From positions 101,171 to 165,170 of the forward strand of contig JAFPYR010000098.1 of NCBI GenBank assembly GCA_017412115.1: a stretch of DNA of 64,000 bases, read 5' to 3'. Below, piece after piece: positions 8,439 to 17,751 of the stretch. Both the position numbers and the translations under genes were made by a program. The notes under the pieces are model-generated. The model made no database searches and was not told where the DNA came from. It saw nothing but the letters and a program-made list of their open reading frames with translations. The DNA comes from Bacteroidales bacterium. GTDB taxonomy: Bacteria > Bacteroidota > Bacteroidia > Bacteroidales > UBA3824. Positions within the stretch are counted from its first letter, which is position 1. Every line of letters begins with the position of its first letter.

Positions 8439-8446
8439 TAAATTTG
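8439..8446 (+). promoter_or_regulatory. Candidate -7 element (taaatttg) for the helicase operon
   Basis: It matches TAnnTTTG with its 3' end 26 nt upstream of the ATG at 8472. Confidence 0.4.
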
Positions 8447-8471
8447 CGTTGCAAGTATTAAAAAAGATAAT

Positions 8472-11400
8472 ATGATACAACTGAAAGCCGGATATTTCAC
8501 AAACGCAATGGACTCTCTCAGGAGTAATGCTTCTATCGAGAAAAAAGTAAAACTTCTGATGGAACAACTCTCCTATTTCGATTTGGAGAGCAACATCGAA
8601 ATCAAAGACGAATGTTCCGATGCGGCAACCGCACTATTATATAATATAGTCTCAAGAGGTACGCCGACTTATCCTTCGCAATTTATCGAAGATATTCTTT
8701 CAACCACAATCGGCAAAACTCTCAAAAGAATTTCCAAAGACGGAACTATTTTCAGAGAAATTCCCAAACGTGAAGTTCAAGACTTGGTTTTCAGAGCCTT
8801 ACACGTTATAGAACCGAGGCAAAAAGCCGAAAAATCAACCTCTGAAGACCCAAGACTGCAATTCATTTACGATTACATAACCTACGGAGCGGTTTTCTCT
8901 CAAGGCGATTATATTTGGCAATTAGCGGAAATTGACAGAATTTTTTTGAACATTTTTAAATATTCCAAAAAATTCCGCCGCAATTTAAAAGTCCTGAAAG
9001 CAAATCCCGAATATGATTTTTTGAACGAAAAATGCGATTTGAGTTTCAGCGCACCGTATAGCGAAAATACCGCCGATTGTATCACTTACGGTTTCAATCT
9101 TGACGACTCACTCGTTGATACAACGGACTGGATTAGAGAAAATATGATTTCTTCACTGCTCAACAAAATTAACATCACGGGCAGAGTAATTATCAAGAAA
9201 TCAGACATTTTGTCGCACAAAACGGACGAGTTGAATTATTTCACGCAAAATCCGTATTTCGATATTGTAAGAGATAATTATAATTCGCCGCTTTTCAATT
9301 CGGAAGACGGTATTGAAGCCTTGCAGATAGCATTAACACCGCTGGCAATAGCAAGAATCCAAAAAGTAATTCTTGAGGCCGTTAATTCGGGCGCACTTTT
9401 GCTCTCTGCCAAAACTTGGAAAATCGGCGTCATCGAAAGGGACGTTCCGTGCGCTTTTTTGGCATTAGAGGATTTGAAACAACATTTCAACAAGTTTTTC
9501 ACGCTCGAAAACTGCGCCAGAAAATTTCCTAACGTTAAACTCGAAATCTTTCATACTCAGGAATTTGCAGAGACGGAATTAAATCTCCTTTATCAAGGCA
9601 GCCGTGAGGATATTTCGGAGTTTGACGAAAACAAAGAATACGATTTGCTAATTGATATTTCGGTTTTAAGCAGATTTTCGTTCAACAACGAAATTCCCAA
9701 AACGAAGTCGAAAAAATACGCCGTTATCCGTTCGGCAAAATCGCCGTCGGTTCAGACAAAACTTTTAAAGGCAAGTTATATTCATTATGATATAGATTTA
9801 ACGTTTCCGCAAGAGGAGGAAGATGACAACGAGGAGAATTTCAACGAGCAGGAAGATGCTTTGAAATTTTTCTTAAAAAACCTTTTCGGCAAAAACGATT
9901 TCCTTAAAGGTCAGGCAAAAAGTATCAGCGAACTTCTTAACGGAAACAATCTTCTGCACATCTCGCCCCCGGGTACAGGCAAGACATTAATTTCGCTTTT
10001 TGCCTCACTTATGAAACCGGGTTACAGTTTTGTTTTGTCGCCGACGATTGCCGTTATGGATATGCAATTCGATATGCTCAGGGACAGAAAAATCGACATC
10101 GATTATTATCTGAATCCGGCTCTTCAAAACTCTTTGGACAGAGATTTGGCAGCCCGCAGCGTAACGCAAGGCAGAAGTCTGATAACGTTTTTTTCGCCCT
10201 CGCTGATTCACGACCCGTATATCAGAAAAATCTTCAAACAGATTGATTCTAAGGCAATTCCGATATACTACATAATGCTTGACGAGGCGCAAAGAATCTC
10301 GCTGCAAACATCGGATTTCAGACCTTATTATCAGGATATAAAAAACATAATAGCAAAGAATTTTTCCGACGAAAACATCAACACGCTCAGAATCGGTGCG
10401 TTCACTTCAACGCCCGAAAAAAACATTCAAAACGAAATAGTTCAAAAACTTCAAATTGATTGCATTGAGAGTGTTAATGCCGAAAATATCGGAAAAATTA
10501 ACTTATCCGTTCACGAAATTCAGATGAAAGGTGCCGGCAATACTGACGATTTGCAGGCATACGCAAAAAAACTGAAACAAGTTCAGACGGAAAAAATTTT
10601 AACACTGACAAAAAATCAAAATTTAAAAGCGCTAATTTACTCCTTGCAATGTCCTTTCGATAAAAACGAAAACTCACAAATCAGCGGTTTCAAGGCTGAT
10701 TATTACGAAGGCGACATTGTAGAATTAGACCGTCAAATCACAAGTTCTCAAGCACTTGAGGGACGAAGAGCGTTCAAGAATTTCAAAGACGGTGCCTCTA
10801 AAATCCTTGCAGCCTCACGCTCCATTGGAACGGGAATAAGAGTCAAGGATTTAACTGACATTATCTATTTTGAACCGCCGCTTTCTCTTGAAAGTTTTTG
10901 CAGAATGAACGGCAGAGGCAGTTTGGATTCCGAAATTAAAGTAAATCTTCTGCTTAACATTTCGGACAAAGATTTTGCCGGTTTTGAATCCATAAGGGAC
11001 GACAACGGAAAACTTACAACGGCAGAAAACATCACGGCTACGGATTTTGATACGGCTGCTAATCTTCAAAACCTTCTTAATCAAAACCCCGGCCCGGAAA
11101 AAGAAAAAATCATTCTTAAAGAAATTTTAAACGGCGTTTCTTTCCCGCAATATTCTTTAAGACAGATAGTTACTGATGCTGTTTTTAACGAGTTCGGCTT
11201 TGAAATTCAGACCGAAACCGAACCGGCATACAATCCGAACAGTCTGTACATTTATACGCAACAAAAAACTAAAAGTTTAGGCTTTATCAATTTCAAGGAC
11301 AATTCTTTGAATATGCCTGAAATGCAGTACGATAAAGAAATATCGGAAAAAGTTCAAACTTTTATTTTGGATTTGATTAACAATTCCACCGACAATCCTC

Positions 11401-12554
11401 TTGCGTACCTTTCTGTTATGGAAACCGAACAGTCTGCGGAAGAAAACGACGGTATTCAAACAGCTTTGGACGCCGTTATGGAAGGTCAAAAGGCAAAAAT
11501 AATCATACCTTTTTATAATGACGTTTTCCGCGAAGGTGCTCAAATGTTAAATTCAATACTCGGAACGAACGCCTCGGCAACGATTTTAAGACGTTGTTAT
11601 TCAAAGACTTTCAATTATGACGAGTTTGAAAAAATTTTAGCGAAGGATTATGAAATAAGAATTAAAAATCTCGGCGAAGGAATACGCCTGGCTTTCATAG
11701 AATTATACAACAAATTCAGAAACAAGGCTGACACCTTGAGAGCAATTTCAAGGCTCAAAGAAATAGATTTGATTGACGATTATTTGATTAATCCGGCAAA
11801 AGAAGAAATCGAGGTTTATGTTACAAAACATAACAAAGATTTCTACAAAATGAAACTCATGCCCGTTTTGCAAAGAAATTTAACAAGAGAGAAAATGCTT
11901 TTGTATTTTTCCGGCATTGAGGAAGAGAAATTTTTAAGTCTTGAAAAATACACCGACACGCTGATAGATTTTTTCTACACGGAGGTTTATCCGCTTTACG
12001 AAAGGGCGGCAAAAGATTCGGGAAAATTTTTCCGCACCGTTTTGGAAAAACAAAAAGACGGCACTTTAACGCAGGAAGAAATTATGAAAAACCTTCAAAA
12101 CTATTTCGTATCGCGTTATAAATGTGGTTTTGTCTGCGACGAAATTCCCGAAAATGCCGATAAAGTAGACGGAGTTTTGTATCTTATCGACAAGGCGGGC
12201 AGCAATTTAAATGAGCTGACAAGTCTTAGAGAATCCGTCAGCGAAAGCCAAAAAGCAAATTCAACACCGGCTGACAAAATAATGTACGGTTATTGCAAAC
12301 TTTTCACGGGCGCAAACAGCGATTATGAAAACCGTTTTGAGGCTTATCAGTCGATAAGCGAGGGGTTGTCACAAATCAGAGAAAACGAGCCCGAGGAAAA
12401 TTTCATCAACAACCTTGACAGCATTACTGAAAAGATTGCCGGTGAAAATTACGATTTAAAAGAGGAATCTCAAGCCGTACTGTTGATGAAAATTCAGCAC
12501 AACTGGTTGAAACGGTTTAATTCCAAAGTTTTAAAAATTAACGAAAGAAAATAA
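8472..12554 (+). CDS. 1360-aa RecQ-like superfamily-2 helicase with ~490-aa N-terminal and ~530-aa C-terminal regions of unknown function
   Basis: RecQ-ordered motifs are present: motif 0 FLKGQ (~9900), motif I PGTGKT (9969-9986), Ia VLSPTIAVMDMQ, II DEAQ (10281-10292), III AFTSTP, V/VI AASRSIGTGIRV...EPPLSLESFCRMNGRGS (10899-10922). An acidic linker QEEEDDNEENFNEQED precedes the core. No Cys-rich Zn/RQC/HRDC region follows it. Confidence 0.85.
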   Translation: MIQLKAGYFTNAMDSLRSNASIEKKVKLLMEQLSYFDLESNIEIKDECSDAATALLYNIVSRGTPTYPSQFIEDILSTTIGKTLKRISKDGTIFREIPKREVQDLVFRALHVIEPRQKAEKSTSEDPRLQFIYDYITYGAVFSQGDYIWQLAEIDRIFLNIFKYSKKFRRNLKVLKANPEYDFLNEKCDLSFSAPYSENTADCITYGFNLDDSLVDTTDWIRENMISSLLNKINITGRVIIKKSDILSHKTDELNYFTQNPYFDIVRDNYNSPLFNSEDGIEALQIALTPLAIARIQKVILEAVNSGALLLSAKTWKIGVIERDVPCAFLALEDLKQHFNKFFTLENCARKFPNVKLEIFHTQEFAETELNLLYQGSREDISEFDENKEYDLLIDISVLSRFSFNNEIPKTKSKKYAVIRSAKSPSVQTKLLKASYIHYDIDLTFPQEEEDDNEENFNEQEDALKFFLKNLFGKNDFLKGQAKSISELLNGNNLLHISPPGTGKTLISLFASLMKPGYSFVLSPTIAVMDMQFDMLRDRKIDIDYYLNPALQNSLDRDLAARSVTQGRSLITFFSPSLIHDPYIRKIFKQIDSKAIPIYYIMLDEAQRISLQTSDFRPYYQDIKNIIAKNFSDENINTLRIGAFTSTPEKNIQNEIVQKLQIDCIESVNAENIGKINLSVHEIQMKGAGNTDDLQAYAKKLKQVQTEKILTLTKNQNLKALIYSLQCPFDKNENSQISGFKADYYEGDIVELDRQITSSQALEGRRAFKNFKDGASKILAASRSIGTGIRVKDLTDIIYFEPPLSLESFCRMNGRGSLDSEIKVNLLLNISDKDFAGFESIRDDNGKLTTAENITATDFDTAANLQNLLNQNPGPEKEKIILKEILNGVSFPQYSLRQIVTDAVFNEFGFEIQTETEPAYNPNSLYIYTQQKTKSLGFINFKDNSLNMPEMQYDKEISEKVQTFILDLINNSTDNPLAYLSVMETEQSAEENDGIQTALDAVMEGQKAKIIIPFYNDVFREGAQMLNSILGTNASATILRRCYSKTFNYDEFEKILAKDYEIRIKNLGEGIRLAFIELYNKFRNKADTLRAISRLKEIDLIDDYLINPAKEEIEVYVTKHNKDFYKMKLMPVLQRNLTREKMLLYFSGIEEEKFLSLEKYTDTLIDFFYTEVYPLYERAAKDSGKFFRTVLEKQKDGTLTQEEIMKNLQNYFVSRYKCGFVCDEIPENADKVDGVLYLIDKAGSNLNELTSLRESVSESQKANSTPADKIMYGYCKLFTGANSDYENRFEAYQSISEGLSQIRENEPEENFINNLDSITEKIAGENYDLKEESQAVLLMKIQHNWLKRFNSKVLKINERK

Positions 12555-12569
12555 AAAAATACAACTGAT

Positions 12570-13265
12570 ATGAGAGAATTGATTGACAAAGAGTTACTGC
12601 AATTACAGAAAGACCTTGAAAATTTGCAGTCTGCCGCAGAAATGATTTCGCAAGCGGGAACGGCTTCTGACAGCGTAATCAAAGAGGCAAAAAACATTCA
12701 TCAGGAATTTTCTAAAAATTTGGAAAAACTGACGAATATATATCAGCAGTATATTCAGCAGATTAACGAAAAATCCGAGAAAAAGCAAGACGAGATAGGA
12801 AATACTATCAACAAACTCGCCAAAGCATCGGAGGATAGACTCTCTGAACAGGCTAATCTCTTAAAAAACAACGCTCAAGAGGCGTTAAGCAAAATAGAAT
12901 TAGTAAAATCCGTTTATCTCAAACAGACTGAAAAAACGGACAGTTTATTAAATTCTTATTTGGAATTAGCACAAAGCACAACCGAACTGAAAGACAAAAT
13001 TTCGGGCATAGATTTTCCAGCCCGTCTTGACAAAATGTCTTCAGAGGTCAAAGAGATTAGTCAAAAACAAGACAAAAATAATGCTGAAATCGAAAAACTC
13101 AGCAATCTGATAGCACAGGATAAAGCGTTGAAACAAACCCAAAGCAACGGCAAAAGTTTGAAATCCATAAAAGCAATGGTTTGGATTTTGTTCATTATGT
13201 CGCTCCTGACTATATCCGGTCTTGTTTTTATGATGTACAAAAGCGGAATACGATTATCGTTTTAA
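12570..13265 (+). CDS. Tail-anchored coiled-coil protein (231 aa), hypothetical
   Basis: It starts 15 nt after the helicase stop. About 200 aa are heptad-like, K/E/Q/L-rich sequence, followed by a single C-terminal TM segment (AMVWILFIMSLLTISGLVFMMY). There is no signal peptide. Confidence 0.75.
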   Translation: MRELIDKELLQLQKDLENLQSAAEMISQAGTASDSVIKEAKNIHQEFSKNLEKLTNIYQQYIQQINEKSEKKQDEIGNTINKLAKASEDRLSEQANLLKNNAQEALSKIELVKSVYLKQTEKTDSLLNSYLELAQSTTELKDKISGIDFPARLDKMSSEVKEISQKQDKNNAEIEKLSNLIAQDKALKQTQSNGKSLKSIKAMVWILFIMSLLTISGLVFMMYKSGIRLSF

Positions 13266-13294
13266 GTAAAAAAAAGTTCAACAAATAAAAAAAA

Positions 13295-13335
13295 CCGCAT
13301 TTCCTTTTTCCCTTAAAAGAAGTGCGGTTTTTATT
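13295..13335. terminator. Bidirectional terminator between convergent genes
   Basis: ccgcatttc (13295-13303) pairs with gaagtgcgg (13319-13327) with one mismatch. An A-run lies upstream and a T-run downstream. Confidence 0.6.
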
Positions 13336-13340
13336 GTTTT

Positions 13341-14501
13341 TTATTTTTTTGAAACTTCAAAAACTACCATTTCGGGACGGGCGGAAGTCCTAACAGGAGG
13401 TCCCCACGTGCCGTAACCCGAAGTTGTATAAAAATCAGATTTGCCTTTGCGGATAAAACCGTAATCGTTTTCGTAAATACGACTTGTTATCAAAAACAGA
13501 GGCCAAAGTTGCGCTCCGGCATGAGTATGTCCTGAAAGTTCAAGGTCAAGCCCTGAGTTTTCTTCTTCTTCGTAATGCTTGGGCGGCTGATGGTCAAGAA
13601 CGATTGAAAATGCGTTTGTATCAACTGCCTGCATTAATTCTTCAAGCGGTTTTCTTTTCATCTTTGAACGAAAGCTTTGTGAAATATCTTCCCGCCCCAC
13701 AACATAACAATTGAACGGCAATTTTGCAACAGAATCCCTCAAAACAATTACTCCGTTTTTCTGAAGAAATTCATCGGCAAGATTAGCATTTCCAAGCCAT
13801 TCATGATTACCGTTTACGGCATAAATTCCGCAGCCCGTTTTTATCTCCCTTAAAATCTCTCCGACTTTAGAATTTATCACGGGATAAGGGTCGCCGTCAA
13901 AAAAATCACCAGCAATTACCACAAAATCAGGATTTTCGGCATTAATTCTATCCTTCAACCGCGACATAAAACCCTCACAATTAATCATGCCCAAATGAAC
14001 ATCAGAAACCAAAACAAAACGAAAATTCTGCGTAATCGCTTTTTCGGTCTGATATTCAATAGTTTTAAGAACAGGAAATTTAGCGTTAAAATATCCGCAA
14101 ATCAAAACAACGGCTACGATTATGCTCGATACAAGCGAATAGATTTTGGCTTTCTCATCACCAAAAACGTATTTAAAGGATAAGAAATCTGCTTTGAAAG
14201 TAAAAGCATTGATAATCCTGAAAAAATCTATCAGCACAAAAACAATTACAAAGTACATAATTGCAGCCAAAACCCATGAGCCGATATACGTAAAAGGTGA
14301 ACTTAATGCATAAAATCCGCCTTTCTCAAGCAAAAAACCGATAACAAAACTAAAAAAAACTAAGCCGAAACATACCCTCGAAAGTATACCTTTTAATGTG
14401 CCGGCCTCTGCAAGTAACGGTCTGATTCTAAAATAGATATATACTCCGATGAGTATCATAAAAACCAGAACGAAAGCAAAGAAAAAAAACATTGATTTCA
14501 T
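13341..14501 (-). CDS. Membrane-anchored metallophosphoesterase (calcineurin-like)
   Basis: Four N-terminal TM segments, followed by the motifs VSDVHLG, AGDFFDG, GNHE and SGHTHAG. Confidence 0.85.
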   Translation of the reverse strand: MKSMFFFFAFVLVFMILIGVYIYFRIRPLLAEAGTLKGILSRVCFGLVFFSFVIGFLLEKGGFYALSSPFTYIGSWVLAAIMYFVIVFVLIDFFRIINAFTFKADFLSFKYVFGDEKAKIYSLVSSIIVAVVLICGYFNAKFPVLKTIEYQTEKAITQNFRFVLVSDVHLGMINCEGFMSRLKDRINAENPDFVVIAGDFFDGDPYPVINSKVGEILREIKTGCGIYAVNGNHEWLGNANLADEFLQKNGVIVLRDSVAKLPFNCYVVGREDISQSFRSKMKRKPLEELMQAVDTNAFSIVLDHQPPKHYEEEENSGLDLELSGHTHAGAQLWPLFLITSRIYENDYGFIRKGKSDFYTTSGYGTWGPPVRTSARPEMVVFEVSKK

Positions 14502-14549
14502 TTTAAAAAAAATTATCGAAATAAATTTGTCAAAAGTACATTAAAATAT

Positions 14550-14557
14550 TAACTTTG
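14550..14557 (+). promoter_or_regulatory. Candidate -7 element taactttg
   Basis: It matches TAnnTTTG 32 nt upstream of the ATG at 14589. Confidence 0.4.
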
Positions 14558-14588
14558 CACATTCAATTTTCTTAAAATTAATTAAAAG

Positions 14589-15488
14589 ATGAAACCGACA
14601 CTTGTAGTATTAGCAGCAGGAATGGGTAGCCGTTACGGCGGACTCAAACAAATAGACAAATTAGGTCCTTCAGGACAAGCAATCCTCCAATATTCGTGTT
14701 ACGATGCAGCACGAGCTGGATTCGGAAAAGTAGTTTTCGTAATCAGACGCGACATCGAAAAGGATTTTAAAGACGTTATTATTTCAAAAGTTAAAAAATC
14801 AATCAATTGCGAATATTGTTTTCAGGAGAAAAACGATTTGCCGGAAGGTTTTACGCTGCCTGAAACAAGAGAAAAACCGTGGGGTACCGCTCATGCAGTT
14901 TTAGCAGCAAGAAAAAACGTTATGGAACCTTTCGCAGTTATCAACGCTGACGATTTTTACGGAAAAGAAGCATATCAGACAATTGCAGATTACTTCAAAA
15001 CCATGCCCAAAAACATCACAAATCAATATTGCATGGTCAGTTATCCCGTTAAAAACACACTTTCGGAATACGGAACAGTTTCAAGAGGTATTTGCAACAC
15101 TGATTCTGAGGGCAATCTTACTACCGTTGTCGAAAGAACCAAAATTATCCGCGAAAACGGTAAAATCGTTTTCATCGAAGGCGACGAAAAAACCGAAATT
15201 GCTGAAAATACTCCCGTTTCTATGAATTTCTGGGGATTCACTCCAAGTTTCTTCAAACATTTGGAAGATGCTTTCAAAGAATTTCTCAAAGAAAACATCG
15301 ACAAACCAAAAGCAGAATTCCTTATTCCATGGGTAGTTGATAAACTCATTAAAAACAAAACCGCTCAAACCAAAGTTTTGACAAGCGATGCTCAATGGTT
15401 TGGTGTAACTTACAAAGAAGACTGCCCCGCCGTTGTTCAGAAATTCCAAGATTTAACCGATAAAGGTGAATATCCGGCTGATTTTTAG
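14589..15488 (+). CDS. Sugar-phosphate nucleotidyltransferase family protein
   Basis: N-terminal LAAGMGSRYGGLKQ nucleotide-binding loop, plus PWGTAHAV and INADDFYG. Confidence 0.75.
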   Translation: MKPTLVVLAAGMGSRYGGLKQIDKLGPSGQAILQYSCYDAARAGFGKVVFVIRRDIEKDFKDVIISKVKKSINCEYCFQEKNDLPEGFTLPETREKPWGTAHAVLAARKNVMEPFAVINADDFYGKEAYQTIADYFKTMPKNITNQYCMVSYPVKNTLSEYGTVSRGICNTDSEGNLTTVVERTKIIRENGKIVFIEGDEKTEIAENTPVSMNFWGFTPSFFKHLEDAFKEFLKENIDKPKAEFLIPWVVDKLIKNKTAQTKVLTSDAQWFGVTYKEDCPAVVQKFQDLTDKGEYPADF

Positions 15489-15513
15489 TTGATTAACAAC
15501 AATAATTTTCAAG

Positions 15514-15547
15514 AGCGCGAAAAAGATTTTTTTTTCGCGCTTTTTTT
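15514..15547. terminator. Terminator between convergent genes
   Basis: agcgcgaaaaa and tttttcgcgct form a perfect 11-bp stem with a 6-nt loop and a T-run. Confidence 0.7.
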
Positions 15548-15550
15548 ATT

Positions 15551-16603
15551 TCAAAATTTGACATTCAACGTAAAAATATTGGAATTTCTCTCGATAGAAT
15601 TGTCAGAGAAAAAAGTATAATCAAAACCGAAACGAAAAAATTTTACCCCTAAACCAAACGAAGGCCGCATTGAAAATTTTTTACTGATTATTAAATTGTT
15701 GTTTTTCTGAAAATCAGAAAATCCGAAACGCAAAAAAATCATATCGGAATATGAAATCTGAGACCCGAACTTCAAATCCGCCGAAAAATGTTTTGAATGT
15801 ATTAAATAATAAGTGTCAGAATCGAAAAAAGTTTTCACGGCAAAAGCGCACAAAAACTTAAAACCATATAAATTCCAATAATACGATGCGCCTAAATCCA
15901 AAGTAACAGGAGTAATTTCTAAAGAATTTTCCGGCACTGAATTGCCCGTTGAAAGGTATACGGAATCAAATTCGTTTTTGTTTACGCTCCAAAAATCAAA
16001 AGTCGTCGTAACATCTTTCAAAACCATTGATGCAGAAAATTTTTTGTGAGAATAAGTTGCCCCTATGTCAAAACCGAAACCGTAAGCATCAGCAAATTTT
16101 CCTTGATGACGGTAAATCAGTTTCATGGAAGCTCCTAATGAAATTTCAGGAAAAAATTTAAGTTTTCTTGACACATCGAAAAAAAACGCATAATCAGCAA
16201 CCGAAAAATACGAAATCCTTGAATAATCCATATTCCCGTTATCAAAAAGATAAATCGTATTTTGAATATCATCGACCGCAAAACGCACCGCCCCGAAACC
16301 TAAAAAAGTCGAAGTGTCAGCACGAAAAGCCGCCGAAAAAAGTTGCAAAGAGGCAAGGGACGAAAAATAATCGGAATGCATCAAAGAAAAATCCGTTTTA
16401 TAATCTTCAAAAACAAGCCCCGAAGGATTGTTAAAAACCGATTGCGAACCCGAAAACAGCATAAAATCAGCTCCGCCCATAGAAACTCCACGAGAAAAAA
16501 CCGCTGTCGAGAGATAATCGTTAGCGTATTTAACTATTTGTGCATCAGCGTTATAGACGTTAAGAAAAATTAAAAACGCTGTTATGTAAAAAAAAAGTTT
16601 CAT
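15551..16603 (-). CDS. Outer-membrane beta-barrel protein, PorQ/PorV (T9SS-associated, FadL-like) family candidate
   Basis: Signal peptide ending in ADAQ. The N-terminal YLSTAVFSRGVSMGGADF...NNPSGL resembles the PorV/PorQ signature (FL.i..dAR..GMGgA...NPA). The sequence has alternating beta-strand character and a terminal Phe. Confidence 0.5.
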   Translation of the reverse strand: MKLFFYITAFLIFLNVYNADAQIVKYANDYLSTAVFSRGVSMGGADFMLFSGSQSVFNNPSGLVFEDYKTDFSLMHSDYFSSLASLQLFSAAFRADTSTFLGFGAVRFAVDDIQNTIYLFDNGNMDYSRISYFSVADYAFFFDVSRKLKFFPEISLGASMKLIYRHQGKFADAYGFGFDIGATYSHKKFSASMVLKDVTTTFDFWSVNKNEFDSVYLSTGNSVPENSLEITPVTLDLGASYYWNLYGFKFLCAFAVKTFFDSDTYYLIHSKHFSADLKFGSQISYSDMIFLRFGFSDFQKNNNLIISKKFSMRPSFGLGVKFFRFGFDYTFFSDNSIERNSNIFTLNVKF

Positions 16604-16743
16604 AAAAACCGTTAATAAATTTTTACAAAATTAAAAAAAACACGAACTTTGTCCCAATAAAAACGGCAAAATAAAAAGTTTGAATAAAAAAATGGTCTTA
16701 TATTTGCTATTAAAAAAGTACAACAAGTATAGAAAAATAGAAA

Positions 16744-17580
16744 ATGTCGAGATTTATAAGTAAATTAAAATTTGTGCCGAGTCTGTTGACCTGTTCAAGC
16801 GCATTTTGCGGAATAATGGCAACGGTTTTGGCTTTGGAAGGCGAAAAAAGCCTCGTTTATGCAGCATATTTTATTTTGGCTGCTGCCGTATTCGATTTTA
16901 GCGACGGTTTTGCAGCGAGATTGTTGCACGCTGCCTCCGAATTAGGCAAACAACTTGATTCTTTGGCTGATGCAATAAGTTTCGGTGTTGCACCTACTGC
17001 CATAATGTATCAACTTTTAAAACAAGCTCTCCATATAAGCGGCAAAATGTTTGATGCTCCTTTTTGGAAAATCGCAGTATTAATGAGTGCAGCTCTGATT
17101 GCAGTATTCGCGATTTTAAGGCTTGCAAAATTCAACATCGACCCCGAACAATCGCATAGTTTCAAAGGGTTGGCTTCGCCGGCTTGTGCAATTTTCGTTG
17201 CCTCGATAGCTCTGATTGAACCTATGGTTCCTGAAGATTTTTGGATTTTTAAATTGGCGCACGCTATTTGGGAGGTAAATTTCCCCTACAAATTGGAGTT
17301 TGCCCTTATCGGACTTGAGGTTTATGTTTGCCGCAATTGGCATTGGCTTTTACCGATGTGCATTTTTATCGCATCAATGATGATTACTAATTTGCCGATG
17401 TTTTCGCTCAAACTCAAAAACGTTAAATACAAAGAAAATAAAGTGGTTTTCAACTTCATAATATGTTCGGTAATATTGATTATACTCCTCAAATGGATTG
17501 CTATTCCGCTCATTATACTGCTTTATATTTTAATCTCGTTCATACTTTGGTTAGACAGCAGAAAAAAAACGACAAAATAA
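16744..17580 (+). CDS. pssA: CDP-diacylglycerol--serine O-phosphatidyltransferase (CDP-alcohol phosphatidyltransferase family)
   Basis: DGFAARLLHAASELGKQLDSLAD is an exact D-G-x2-A-R-x8-G-x3-D-x3-D motif. The protein is polytopic membrane. Confidence 0.8.
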   Translation: MSRFISKLKFVPSLLTCSSAFCGIMATVLALEGEKSLVYAAYFILAAAVFDFSDGFAARLLHAASELGKQLDSLADAISFGVAPTAIMYQLLKQALHISGKMFDAPFWKIAVLMSAALIAVFAILRLAKFNIDPEQSHSFKGLASPACAIFVASIALIEPMVPEDFWIFKLAHAIWEVNFPYKLEFALIGLEVYVCRNWHWLLPMCIFIASMMITNLPMFSLKLKNVKYKENKVVFNFIICSVILIILLKWIAIPLIILLYILISFILWLDSRKKTTK

Positions 17581-17610
17581 TTTTTTCTTCTTTTTGAAAA
17601 AAGTCTTAAA

Positions 17611-17669
17611 CTAAAAAATAAAACGGAGGCGAAAAAAAATCTGCCCCCGTTTTATTTTTTAGTTTTTTT
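17611..17669 (+). terminator. Rho-independent terminator after pssA
   Basis: ctaaaaaataaaacgg (17611-17626) and ccgttttattttttag (17647-17662) form a perfect 16-bp stem followed by a T-run. Confidence 0.75.
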
Positions 17670-17751
17670 AAATTATTTTTACAGTCCAAAAAATTCAATT
17701 TTCCATTATCAAAACATCTAAGTAATTAAAACACGAAAAAACTTAAATGAC

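Noticed and set aside
8346-8567. 73-aa minus-strand ORF overlapping the helicase start and its promoter region.
   Set aside because: It overlaps the 5' end of a long, motif-rich gene on the other strand and spans its promoter. It shows no coding features of its own.
5165-13335. Interpreting the unassigned block as an integrated mobile element or prophage remnant.
   Set aside because: I could recognise no integrase, transposase, relaxase, phage structural gene, tRNA target or flanking direct repeats. Accessory status remains an inference to be tested by comparative genomics.
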